Part shown: positions 54,101 through 63,121 of the stretch, one piece after another | How the letters are laid out: each line of letters starts with the position of its first letter | Position numbering within the stretch: the stretch's first letter is position 1 | Source: an uncultured virus (IMG/VR IMGVR_UViG_3300005512_000019) | Lineage: Duplodnaviria > Heunggongvirae > Uroviricota > Caudoviricetes | Virus record (IMG/VR): IMGVR_UViG_3300005512_000019 | Direction: 5' to 3' (one strand) | Length of the DNA stretch: 64,000 nt | Made by a program: the position numbers and the translations under genes | Notes under the pieces: generated by a model | The model's input: only the letters and a program-made list of their open reading frames with translations | Database searches by the model: none | What the model was told of the DNA's origin: nothing

Positions 54101-55720
54101 TCACCAGTAGGAAGCCACCATGGGATTGCCCCGCCGGAGGTCCTGCAACAGCGTGACTTCCTCCCCGCTCCTGAGCTCCCCTTCCCGCACCAGCAGCAGA
54201 CCCATCCGGGCTAGCCCTCTGCGCTCCTCGTCAGGGGTCTTTTGAATGGACACAAAGGCGGTAGCATGACTGTACTTCCGCTTGTCCTCGGAGAAGTTGG
54301 ACAGGCGGAGGGAGCGGGCCTCCAGGCCGGCAGCGTCTGACTGGGTGACCGTCACTACCAGGCAGTGCTTCTCCATAGACAGGCGGCGCATAGCCTTCCA
54401 GTTGGCGTTCTGCTGATCACGGGTGGACATGTGTTCGGTCCCCGGCTCCGGGGCCAGAATGTCCGCATAGTCAATCACTACCAGGTCAGGGGTCCAGCCC
54501 TCCATTGTCTCCCAGATGTCAAGCTGGGCACGGAGGTCCGCCACGCTCATTGTCCCAGTGGGGTAGCACTCCAGGTACACATCCCGGCCCCGGAGGCGGG
54601 ACTTGTTGAAGGCTCTCCCGGCCCGGAGCCCTTCCCGCCAGCTCAGGGGCTTACAAGCCGGGATGAGTTCATAGAACACGGCCCCCTCGTAGTGGGACCG
54701 CATCCGGGGGCGGCTCTGGCAGTAGCTGCAGGGGTGGTATCCGGCCGGGGCAGACTTGGCAATGTCCTCCGGGCTCGGGGGCCTCCACCCCGCCTGCTCC
54801 TCCGGGTCCTCCGGCGGGGCTAGCTGAATGTCCAGCCTTCCAGTCCCCACCCGTTCAATCAGAGAGCACCTCCCGTCCTGGTTGTGAACGCAGTCCGCTA
54901 CCGGGGAGAGGTGTTCCACACAATACTTGGGCACCCAGGACTTCCCTGACAGCCGGCAGTGGCGGCGGCGGACCATCTGCTTGCGGCTCATATCGCCCAC
55001 CCCAAAGAACACCGTGTTCAGTCGGCACAGGTGACCCCTGAATTCAATCTCTGACAGCCACCAGGTCTTGCCAACCTTCTCCCGGCCGAGCCCCGCCACA
55101 AAGCCCTCCCTGATCATGTGCTCATTGAGCAGCTCCCCGGCCGCTCCGGGCAGGTACAGGATCGGCTCTGCGTCCTCCTCAAAGGCTTCATAGATGGACT
55201 CCTTGTCCGTGTAGGGGTTGATGGCTGTCACAAGGGGCTTGTGGACATGCTGATACTCGGCCACCCGTCCCTCGGCTCCCCGGAGGTTGCCCCGTGAGAG
55301 GTCTGACAGGATGTCCTCGGCCGTGGCCTTCAGGTTCATCTGCCTGAAGTGGTCCACCGTCTGATCCAGGGCGTATTCTACGTTGAACGGGTCCCCCTCC
55401 TCATGCCGGCGGGACAGCTTGGATAGGAATGCGGCAATGAGGTCTGCCTCTGCGTCCTCCATGCCTCTGCGCCTCTCCGAGTGGAAGATGGCCTCCAGCT
55501 CGGATTTGGGGGCCTTCCCGTAGCGGGTCCAGTACTCCATGCACCAGTGGGCCACCCGTCTGACGTAGGGGGTCTCCACCAACTCCTCCCTGTAGATCGG
55601 CTCCACCTGGCGCAGGAAGCTATCGCTGACAATCATGCCAGTGAGCATCATGGTCTCAGGGAGGTTGTCCACCTTCTGGCGGGTCACTCGGGAGGTCATC
55701 TTGGGTGGGGGCTTCTTCAT
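54101..55720 (-). CDS. DnaB-like replicative helicase with Cys-rich insertion
   Basis: GREKVGKT, LVVIDYADIL, VTVTQ, SEDKRK. Confidence 0.88.
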   Translation of the reverse strand: MKKPPPKMTSRVTRQKVDNLPETMMLTGMIVSDSFLRQVEPIYREELVETPYVRRVAHWCMEYWTRYGKAPKSELEAIFHSERRRGMEDAEADLIAAFLSKLSRRHEEGDPFNVEYALDQTVDHFRQMNLKATAEDILSDLSRGNLRGAEGRVAEYQHVHKPLVTAINPYTDKESIYEAFEEDAEPILYLPGAAGELLNEHMIREGFVAGLGREKVGKTWWLSEIEFRGHLCRLNTVFFGVGDMSRKQMVRRRHCRLSGKSWVPKYCVEHLSPVADCVHNQDGRCSLIERVGTGRLDIQLAPPEDPEEQAGWRPPSPEDIAKSAPAGYHPCSYCQSRPRMRSHYEGAVFYELIPACKPLSWREGLRAGRAFNKSRLRGRDVYLECYPTGTMSVADLRAQLDIWETMEGWTPDLVVIDYADILAPEPGTEHMSTRDQQNANWKAMRRLSMEKHCLVVTVTQSDAAGLEARSLRLSNFSEDKRKYSHATAFVSIQKTPDEERRGLARMGLLLVREGELRSGEEVTLLQDLRRGNPMVASYW

Positions 55721-56874
55721 AGGCGGTCTCCGGTTTCAAAGTTCATTCCTGTCACCTTCTGGGCGTGAACAAGGTATTGGTCCCACAGCTTCCCGCCGGG
55801 GGCCAGACTGCCAGCGTTGAGTTTGGAGTAGTGCTCCGAGCTGAGGGCGGCTATCCAGCCCGCATACTCCTCGGCCAGGGCGTGGGCGGTTGGGTAGTAG
55901 TAGCGCACCTTGCGGCGGCTGATTGAGCCGTGCTCCGTCCCCGGTAGCTTGGAGTGGTACTCCCTGATCAACCTCACGGCACCCTCAAGGACCTTCCACG
56001 CCTGCCCCGTCAGCTTCATTCCGGTCAGGCTAGCCCAGGCCTTGCCGATCACCTGTACAGCGGGGTCTGAGGGGCCGGGGCTCGGGCGGTTGCTCACCTG
56101 GGCCTCCCGCTGCCGCTCCCGATCCCGCTGCCACTGGCGGTGTATGTTTGTGAACTTGTGTTCCCCGTTGGAGCTGCTCCGCACTCGCAGGCTTCCCAAG
56201 CTCAGGAGGTTCTTGCTCCAGAAGGAGTCCTGCTGGGCCCACAGGACGGCGGGGCGGATGTCCCTGTTGAAGTCCCACTTGTCTATGCGGATGAGCTTGC
56301 GCAGGGCGTCCACCCCGGCCGTCACGGATGCCTTGGTCACGGAGCGTACAAGAGACGGGTGGAGCTCATGTTGTTTCTTCAAGAAGTCTCGGGAGAAAGC
56401 CTCCAGCTCATCAGGTACAGAAAGACACGTCAGGGGAGTCTCCGGTGTTTCCCTATCCTCTCCGGTATTTCCCCTAACAGTCCCCGGTATTTCCCTCACA
56501 CTTTTGCCAGGCCTGGTGCGAGCCACTGTCTGGTTTTTCACAAGGGTGGCTCCTTGCATAAAGCGCACGTGGATGTAGTGCCCAGTGATTCTCCCGGCGG
56601 GGTCCTTCCGGGGGCGGTCCTCTACCAGGCCCAGCTTCTTGAGGTCCCCCTTCCGAGCCCGGACACGATCCTCCCCCCACCCAAGGGCTCGGGCGGTGTA
56701 GGAGGTGGTGGCCCTTGCGTTGGTACCACCCTGCCACTTGGCCGTGTAGTAGTAGAACACATACAGGGCCAGGAGGTCCCCGGCGTGCGGCCGGGGCTTC
56801 TTCCCGTCTCTCAGGAGCCTATCCACAGTTGGCTTGCTCAGCACAATCGGCTCCTCATTGATGTCGTAGGTCAT
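55717..56874 (-). CDS. replication initiator-like protein (N-terminal wHTH)
   Basis: ATTSYTARALGWGEDRV...LKKLGLVE; WAQQDSFWSKNLLS..LR. Confidence 0.65.
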   Translation of the reverse strand: MTYDINEEPIVLSKPTVDRLLRDGKKPRPHAGDLLALYVFYYYTAKWQGGTNARATTSYTARALGWGEDRVRARKGDLKKLGLVEDRPRKDPAGRITGHYIHVRFMQGATLVKNQTVARTRPGKSVREIPGTVRGNTGEDRETPETPLTCLSVPDELEAFSRDFLKKQHELHPSLVRSVTKASVTAGVDALRKLIRIDKWDFNRDIRPAVLWAQQDSFWSKNLLSLGSLRVRSSSNGEHKFTNIHRQWQRDRERQREAQVSNRPSPGPSDPAVQVIGKAWASLTGMKLTGQAWKVLEGAVRLIREYHSKLPGTEHGSISRRKVRYYYPTAHALAEEYAGWIAALSSEHYSKLNAGSLAPGGKLWDQYLVHAQKVTGMNFETGDRL

Positions 56875-56904
56875 TCACGGTCCCTCCCAATCTGAGTCAC
56901 TCCC

Positions 56905-57258
56905 CTATCCTACCGGATGAGGGGTGTTTTCATCGAAAGGCGGCAGGGAGGGGACACAGAGGGCGGGCAGGGGGCTCCCCCGGCGGGTGAACCTCCAGAC
57001 CTTGTTCAGGCAGGAGGTGTCCGTGAACGTGTCACAGATGTAGTCCCGCTCCAAGAGGGCATGGGTCAGGGCCTCCAGCCGCAGCATGTAGGCGTCCCTC
57101 AGATACTTGGGGGCTGACTCAGCCCGCCTGCAGGAGAGGGTGATGTCAAAACGGTCTGGTAGCTCGGGAAGGCCCGTGACAAGGGGCATAGGGTCCCCAT
57201 GCACAACGTTTTCCAAGCTGATCGTCACCGTGGTAACACATGCCAATGGGTCCTTCAT
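56905..57258 (-). CDS. hypothetical protein
   Basis: GGAGG SD; operon fit. Confidence 0.5.
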   Translation of the reverse strand: MKDPLACVTTVTISLENVVHGDPMPLVTGLPELPDRFDITLSCRRAESAPKYLRDAYMLRLEALTHALLERDYICDTFTDTSCLNKVWRFTRRGSPLPALCVPSLPPFDENTPHPVG

Positions 57259-57431
57259 CGCCCCGCCTCCTCGGCCGCTTGCCTCGCAGCCGCCTCGGCA
57301 CGCATACGCTGGGCAATTTGTCCTCGGCCGCTCAGGTAGTAACTACTGAGCCACACGGCTAGCCCCGCCAGCAGAACGCCCACGAGGGCTCCTGCTATGG
57401 CGGCGGCGGGGTGTTGGCGTACTGTGTCCAT
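57255..57431 (-). CDS. small membrane protein
   Basis: GGAGG SD; one hydrophobic segment (AAAIAGALVGVLLAGLAVW). Confidence 0.45.
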   Translation of the reverse strand: MDTVRQHPAAAIAGALVGVLLAGLAVWLSSYYLSGRGQIAQRMRAEAAARQAAEEAGR

Positions 57432-57960
57432 GTCTTCCTCCTCCTCTTTTGAAACCTTCCACCATTGCCTCATCGCAGCTCCGGCCGATCCCGGCCATGG
57501 CTTTGATCCCGTACTCCCGCAGCTGATCCAGCCCAAACGTCTCCCGTTGGTGGTCCAGCTCCTCCTCTGAGAAGTCATGGTCATATCGGGACGGCGGCAG
57601 ATGCTTGATCGGCCGGGGCTCCCGCTCCTCCCCAGCGTCAAAGAGAGCGGCCCAGATGGCCATCAAGGCCCGATCCCGGTCAGGCTCTCCGTGGACGTGG
57701 TTCTTGAAGTTGTCATAGTCAATCTCCTGGGCCATAGCGGCCAGGAGGCGTGCCCAGAGGTCCTTGGGCATGATCACCCTGTACGGGTAGTCAGCTTCAG
57801 GCGTTGACCTCAGCCTGATGCTCTTATCCCCGGAGGCGTCCCGAGCCATCTTGGCCAGGGTCCCGATGTCCTCCTTGAAACGTCCCCGCACAAGGACGGT
57901 CTCCGGCCGATCCCGGTGCTGTACTGCGCTGAAGAATCCAAATTCAGTGAAGGCCCACAT
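57343..57960 (-). CDS. hypothetical phage protein
   Basis: MWAFTEFGFFSAV...VRGR...DYPYR...IDYDNFK pattern recalled from other phages. Confidence 0.65.
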   Translation of the reverse strand: MWAFTEFGFFSAVQHRDRPETVLVRGRFKEDIGTLAKMARDASGDKSIRLRSTPEADYPYRVIMPKDLWARLLAAMAQEIDYDNFKNHVHGEPDRDRALMAIWAALFDAGEEREPRPIKHLPPSRYDHDFSEEELDHQRETFGLDQLREYGIKAMAGIGRSCDEAMVEGFKRGGGRHGHSTPTPRRRHSRSPRGRSAGGASRVAQ

Positions 57961-57962
57961 GG

Positions 57963-58868
57963 TTAGTCTCCCAGCAGCTCTCTCATCACAACGTCCGCCT
58001 CTTCCTGGGTGAGCTGCGCGGGGTCTCCCCCTCCCAGGTCTGCGGTTTCAACCTCCATGTCAAAAGCAGTCAGGTACGTGGCCAGCTTCCGGGCCTGTAC
58101 GGGGGCGGTTGGGTCCTCCGCCCCGGAGTCATACATCACCGCTACTCGGGTGAAGTCTCGGAGCAGCTCCACCTGCTCCAGCTTGAACTGGACGCCAAAC
58201 GTTGCGACGGCCCCCGGCCCCAGTCTCCAAACGTCCGTGATGCCCTCAACCACCACTACCCGATCCCCCGGCACCTGGTCCAGCCCGTACAGGCAGTGCT
58301 TGTGGTCTCGGGCTTCCAGTCGTTGGGGGCAGGCCTTGTAGCGGAGGTTGGACTTGCCTGTCACATCCCTCCCCTGATAGCTGACCACCGTCCCCCGGAA
58401 GGTGATTGGGGCTATGATCCTGAACCTGTAGTCACCGAGGGGTCCCACTCCCTGCAGGCCCCACACCCTGGCTAGGTGGTCTGGGCTGAAGTCTCGGCTT
58501 TGGAGGTAGCGGCGGTGGATCGGTCCCAGGGCTCCGGCCGTCTCGGGGAGCCGGCAGACGCTGCGGCGGCGGACGTCAATCACGGGGTCCACCGCCAGGA
58601 GGCGGCGCACGTTGTACGCCTTCAGCTCCCGGAAGGCCTCCAGCTCATCGCAGCGGAGGAGAGCCTGGACTACTCGGGCGGCGGACTTCCCCCTGCACCT
58701 CCAACAGGTGAAGAAGTCCTTTGCCTCCGAGTAGCCCAGGTGGAATCCGGGGTCACCTGTACAGAAGGGACACTCCACGGCCACCCACCCCTTCCGGTGG
58801 TGCTTGTGGCCCGCTGGAGCGGTGGGGATGAAGTGATCCTCACAAAACCTTCTGAAGTCAAACGCCAT
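57963..58868 (-). CDS. DNA primase (Zn finger plus Toprim)
   Basis: CPFC...CWRC, YQGR, VVEGITD, MYD...GDP. Confidence 0.92.
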   Translation of the reverse strand: MAFDFRRFCEDHFIPTAPAGHKHHRKGWVAVECPFCTGDPGFHLGYSEAKDFFTCWRCRGKSAARVVQALLRCDELEAFRELKAYNVRRLLAVDPVIDVRRRSVCRLPETAGALGPIHRRYLQSRDFSPDHLARVWGLQGVGPLGDYRFRIIAPITFRGTVVSYQGRDVTGKSNLRYKACPQRLEARDHKHCLYGLDQVPGDRVVVVEGITDVWRLGPGAVATFGVQFKLEQVELLRDFTRVAVMYDSGAEDPTAPVQARKLATYLTAFDMEVETADLGGGDPAQLTQEEADVVMRELLGD

Positions 58869-59179
58869 TAGTCTCTCTCCTTCTCCAGAATCCTACGCAC
58901 CTGCTCAATTTCCTTCAAACAACCGGAGGTGTCCACCTTGAGATCAACCACCAGGCAGCGACAGTTGGGGTGCCTCGGGACGTTCTGGAAGTTGGGGGAG
59001 GAGGAGGCCGTGCGAGAGGTCCGAGCCCCGGTGATCTTGAACCTGATAGCCTTCTTGGCCCTCTCGGTGGCCTCCCGCACTATTCTCCTGATCCTCTCGG
59101 TCTTGGTCTCCGGCCGGAGGGGGAGCATGGCTGCTCCCACCCCCAGTGCGCTGACCCGGAAGAAGTCCCGCCTATTCAT
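58868..59179 (-). CDS. small protein with Tat-like leader and motif mosaic
   Basis: MNRRDFF..ALGVGAAMLP, then SSSPNFQNVPRHPNCRC. Confidence 0.6.
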   Translation of the reverse strand: MNRRDFFRVSALGVGAAMLPLRPETKTERIRRIVREATERAKKAIRFKITGARTSRTASSSPNFQNVPRHPNCRCLVVDLKVDTSGCLKEIEQVRRILEKERD

Positions 59180-60062
59180 TGCCGGCCTCTCTCAGCCTGA
59201 TGGCCGCACGCTTCAGGGCGTCCTTCTCCTTGGTCTCCCTCTCCACAACCTGATCCCAGGCATCCTGGTCCAGTACCTCCTTGATGGAGTCCTGAATCAG
59301 GGAGGAGAGGACCTTGGGCTCAAGGGCGTCCAGCTCCCAGGAGGTCCTCCCGTAGTTGGCAATGTACTCCGCACAGCGGGAGTCCGTGAGCTTGGCCGGA
59401 TTCGGCGGCGGGTTGTAGGCGTTCACCTGATCCATTGTCAGGGCTATCCGGCGGACTTCCACCTTGGCCCCAAACGTGTTCAGGCGGTCCTGGATGTCCC
59501 GTGACATGTCCACCCCGCTCGGGTCATGGTCCCCGAGGTGAATGAGGAGGCACTGGCGGTCCATCTCCTCGGCCCTCCACCTGAATCGGTTGGCCGCTTC
59601 ATACATGGAGGTTTGAGAGACGTACCCCCGGCAACTGAAGCAGGTCACGTCCAGCGGCTGTGCGGCCTGCTGAACAACCTGAATGAGGGCGTCCTTCTCC
59701 ACCCACACTTCCACGTACCAGGGCTGGGTCTCCCACTTGTTCCGGCGGTAGGAGTACACACAGGCATCCACTATCTGCTCGGGGCTGTTCCAGTGCTGGA
59801 GGCTCCGGGTGTGGCGGGTCCGATCCTGAATGGCATCCCAGTCCACCAGGCCGGCAAGGCGGGCTTTGGACAGTACCTCACCCAGCCTGTCGTAGTTGCT
59901 CTGCTTGTTGGGTAGGAAGCCCCGAGCCACAAACTGATAGTACAGCTGTCTCAGGGTCAGCTCGTAGCCCTGAGCCCGCAACTCCTCAATGATCTCATTG
60001 GCGGTGTTGATGGTCTCCAGGGTCTTGTCGGTAAAGTTGGTTGGTACAAAGCACTTCTTCAC
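59172..60062 (-). CDS. Topo VI-A/Spo11-like (JetD-like) Toprim protein
   Basis: TLRQLYY, EVWVEKDAL, RGY.S, GDHDPSG, ELDALEP. Confidence 0.82.
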   Translation of the reverse strand: MKKCFVPTNFTDKTLETINTANEIIEELRAQGYELTLRQLYYQFVARGFLPNKQSNYDRLGEVLSKARLAGLVDWDAIQDRTRHTRSLQHWNSPEQIVDACVYSYRRNKWETQPWYVEVWVEKDALIQVVQQAAQPLDVTCFSCRGYVSQTSMYEAANRFRWRAEEMDRQCLLIHLGDHDPSGVDMSRDIQDRLNTFGAKVEVRRIALTMDQVNAYNPPPNPAKLTDSRCAEYIANYGRTSWELDALEPKVLSSLIQDSIKEVLDQDAWDQVVERETKEKDALKRAAIRLREAGNE

Positions 60063-60355
60063 GCTACCACCTCCCGAGCGGCCAACTCTTCAATCATTTC
60101 TGAGGCCACCTTGCGAATGTAGTTTGCCAGGGTCTCTCCGGGGGAAGTTGACTGCTGCACTATCTCCAGGGGGGTATCCGCTCTGAAGTCATACTGCCGG
60201 CCCCCCGTGTCCACTGCGACGCAGCGGAAGCGGAAGGCATGGAGGCGTCCTCCCTGGTGATGGGTTGTCTCCATCTGATCCATCAGGGGGGAGTCCTCCC
60301 CCGGCCGCTCCATTAGGTTTTCAACTGTGATCTTCATGAGTTTGATCTTGGTCAT
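60059..60355 (-). CDS. hypothetical protein
   Basis: Operon fit. Confidence 0.5.
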   Translation of the reverse strand: MTKIKLMKITVENLMERPGEDSPLMDQMETTHHQGGRLHAFRFRCVAVDTGGRQYDFRADTPLEIVQQSTSPGETLANYIRKVASEMIEELAAREVVA

Positions 60356-60361
60356 TGCTGA

Positions 60362-60595
60362 TCAGTCCTCCTCTCCGGGCGGCGGGAGGATCGGGCACCA
60401 CTTGCGGATGCTCTTCCCAAAGCCCTTGACGTTGTGTGCGCGAAACTCCTGGAGGTCCTCTCTCCAGTAGGCCAGCTCCCTCCCCGTCTTGCTAGTCCAG
60501 ATCATGACGTGCTCCCCGTCTGCGGGCTGGCTTTGTGAGAGGTCCCTCCAGTAGATGTCCTCTTGATTGCGGTGAATGACGGCTTCTTTACTCAC
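60362..60595 (-). CDS. DUF551-like small protein
   Basis: W....P..GEHVMIW...W..I.PPP pattern. Confidence 0.5.
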   Translation of the reverse strand: MSKEAVIHRNQEDIYWRDLSQSQPADGEHVMIWTSKTGRELAYWREDLQEFRAHNVKGFGKSIRKWCPILPPPGEED

Positions 60596-61049
60596 TCTGT
60601 GCCCTCCTGACTACCCGTCGCACCTTCTTGGCAACGGGGCGTTTGATGACCTGGCGGCGGGGCTTGTCCCCTCCGCTCGTATCAAGTGTGTGAATGGTAC
60701 GGTTGGCCGGGGCCGGGGGAGGGCTAGCCGGATGGGGCGACTGGGGGACGGTCTGGCCCTTCTTCCGGGGGCGACCACTCATCACTCGGCTTCCGGCCCC
60801 CACCAGGTCCTTCTGGGTGAACACCCCGTGCCCCATGGTCTGAAAGCGGATGTGGAACAGCTTGAAGAGGTCGTTGCCCTCCCGGTCTGTTCCCCACGTG
60901 TGTATCACGGCCTGGGTCCCGCTCTTGGATTCGATTGTGAGCCCTTCCAGGTACTCAGGCAGGTGGTCCTCCGGGCCTTCCGCCTGCTCCACAATCGGGT
61001 CCGGGTCCGGGGCGGGCCTGTTTACCTTCCTGATGATGCACTTTTTCAT
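60588..61049 (-). CDS. hypothetical protein with basic termini
   Basis: AAGGAGG SD; own promoter. Confidence 0.6.
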   Translation of the reverse strand: MKKCIIRKVNRPAPDPDPIVEQAEGPEDHLPEYLEGLTIESKSGTQAVIHTWGTDREGNDLFKLFHIRFQTMGHGVFTQKDLVGAGSRVMSGRPRKKGQTVPQSPHPASPPPAPANRTIHTLDTSGGDKPRRQVIKRPVAKKVRRVVRRAQSE

Positions 61050-61066
61050 TGAATCCTCCTTTGCTT

Positions 61067-61095
61067 ATCCTACATGTTCCTGCCACTTCCCGCAA
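61067..61095 (-). promoter_or_regulatory. sigma70-like promoter
   Basis: TTGCGG-N17-TAGGAT, intergenic, upstream of an SD. Confidence 0.5.
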
Positions 61096-61146
61096 GGGGA
61101 CCCCCGGACGGCCAGGGCTAGCCTGTCCGGGCGCACCTGCGTGGGA

Positions 61147-63111
61147 CTATGCTGCTTCCTCGTCATTCTCGTCAGAGTATCGGGCCAGGAGGGCGGAGAG
61201 CATGCTGCTCTCGTCAACGTCCTGCCCATCCAAGACGGCCGTCAGCACCACCCGCTTCTCATCCAGCAGCTCAGCAATCTCCTCCTCCACCGTCCGATCC
61301 GCCAGCAGGTAGTAGGCTGTCACACTGTCGGCCGTCTGACCGATGCGGTGCACCCGATCCTCTGCCTGGTCGTGCTCTCCGGGGGTCCAGCCGATCTCGA
61401 CAAAGGCGGTACAGGAGGCGGCTGTCAGGGTCAGTCCCACGCCTGCGGCCTTGATGTTGCCGAGAAACAGCCTGATCTCCGGGTCCTTCTGGAAGGCGTC
61501 CACTGCAGCCTGACGGGCGGGCTTGGCCGTCCGGCCGTCCACCTTGACGCACTGTCCTTCAAAGGCCTCTGCCAGGTCATCCAGACACTTGTGATGAACC
61601 CCAAACACCACCAGCTTCTCCCCGGAGGAGAGGAAGTCCTCAATCCATTCGATGCAGGCGTTGATCTTGCCCGTGTAGGCCAGCTGCTTGAGGTGCTCAA
61701 TCCTGACCAGTGCCTCGGCCGTCATAGCCTTCTTGGCCGCTTCCTCCCCCTTCTTGCCCCACAGCCACTTGATGAAGTTGTCCTGCGCGGCCTGGTAGGC
61801 ATTCCGGTTTTCCAGTTCCATCGGTACAACCACCCGAGTCTTGGGCGGTAGCTCCTTGGCCACGTCAACCTTCAGGCGGCGGAGGAGGATGGACTTGGTC
61901 AGCTGGGCGTTGAGCTCCTTGGTGTTGGAGGCCCCGGAGAAGTCCCACCCATAGCCGTTGCGGCGGGCGTTGCAATACTTCCGGGCAAAGGCCCAGAAGT
62001 CCGGGTACAGGTCCGGGTCCACCAGCTGAATGGGGGTGAAGAATTCAATGGGCCTGTTCGTGATGGGGGTCCCCGAGAGGGCTATGCAGTGGGGAGCGGC
62101 CTGGGACAGTTCCAGGCAGGCCTTGCTGCGCTTGGTCTTGGGGTTCTTTGCGTAGTGGACCTCATCAAAAATGACCACGCTCGGCTTCATCTTCTTGAGC
62201 TGCTTCTCCCAGTAGGGTAGGATGTCGTAGTTGATGACGATGATCTTGCCCTTGATGAAGTACGGGGTCCGGCCTTCCACCTGTTCCACCTGCGGATCGG
62301 CCAGCCACTTCTCGGCCTCCCGCTGCCAGTTGAGCTTGAGGGAGGCGGGGACCACGATCACTGCCGGCCGGAAGTCCGGGTGCAGCTGAAGGTAGGCCAG
62401 GGCCTGGACCGTCTTGCCCAGCCCCATCTCGTCACCGATGAAGGCCCGCCCGTTGCGGGTCTCAATGAAGGCCACCCCGCTGTCCTGGAAGGGGCGGAGG
62501 GTCCCGAGGAGGCCGGGGATGTCGATGTGATCCGGGGCCGGGGCTGTCTTGGACTCAAACCACGCCATCAGATTGGGGGTCAGGGGGAAGCCCAAGTCAA
62601 GGAGGCTCTGGACGTTTTCCAGGCTGAGTTTCGCTGACCAGCCCGCTCCCGATCCGTTGCGCTTCTCAAACATGCGGTCATGGAGGCGGGTCTTGACGTC
62701 CGAGACCAGCTGGGCATCCCAGTCAAACCTGATCCAGATGCGCCCAGCCTTCTCCTTGTCCAGCTCGGCCGTCTTGGGGCTAGCCGGGGCCTGGGGCCTG
62801 GGGCTCTTGGGCTGATAGGACTTGATGGGCAGGGGCTCCAGGTCCTCCGGTATCTGGCGGTGGTACTTCTGGAGCTTGCGGATGCAGAGGGCCAGCTGCT
62901 TCTCGGTCAGATAGCCCCGGCTCCGGTAGAACACTGCGAATGAGCTCAGAATCTCCGAGTCACAGGCGTTGAAGCCAATGTCGTTGAGGTGGGCCGTGAA
63001 GCCGGCATTCTGCTCATCCCGAGTCTGGCAGGAGTACAGGAACATCAGAGCCGCAACGGCAAACTCCGGCTCCCCCTTGATGCGCTCTTGAATTGTGAGT
63101 GTTGTGGTCAT
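61147..63111 (-). CDS. SNF2-family (HARP/SMARCAL1-like) helicase with extra N-terminal domain
   Basis: DEMGLGKT, DEVH, LSGTP, QAEDRVHRIGQ. Confidence 0.93.
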   Translation of the reverse strand: MTTTLTIQERIKGEPEFAVAALMFLYSCQTRDEQNAGFTAHLNDIGFNACDSEILSSFAVFYRSRGYLTEKQLALCIRKLQKYHRQIPEDLEPLPIKSYQPKSPRPQAPASPKTAELDKEKAGRIWIRFDWDAQLVSDVKTRLHDRMFEKRNGSGAGWSAKLSLENVQSLLDLGFPLTPNLMAWFESKTAPAPDHIDIPGLLGTLRPFQDSGVAFIETRNGRAFIGDEMGLGKTVQALAYLQLHPDFRPAVIVVPASLKLNWQREAEKWLADPQVEQVEGRTPYFIKGKIIVINYDILPYWEKQLKKMKPSVVIFDEVHYAKNPKTKRSKACLELSQAAPHCIALSGTPITNRPIEFFTPIQLVDPDLYPDFWAFARKYCNARRNGYGWDFSGASNTKELNAQLTKSILLRRLKVDVAKELPPKTRVVVPMELENRNAYQAAQDNFIKWLWGKKGEEAAKKAMTAEALVRIEHLKQLAYTGKINACIEWIEDFLSSGEKLVVFGVHHKCLDDLAEAFEGQCVKVDGRTAKPARQAAVDAFQKDPEIRLFLGNIKAAGVGLTLTAASCTAFVEIGWTPGEHDQAEDRVHRIGQTADSVTAYYLLADRTVEEEIAELLDEKRVVLTAVLDGQDVDESSMLSALLARYSDENDEEAA

Positions 63112-63121
63112 TGCGGGGCTC

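Noticed and set aside
54650..54960. Intein in the helicase
   Set aside because: No C/S...HN-C/S/T splice junctions or homing-endonuclease motifs
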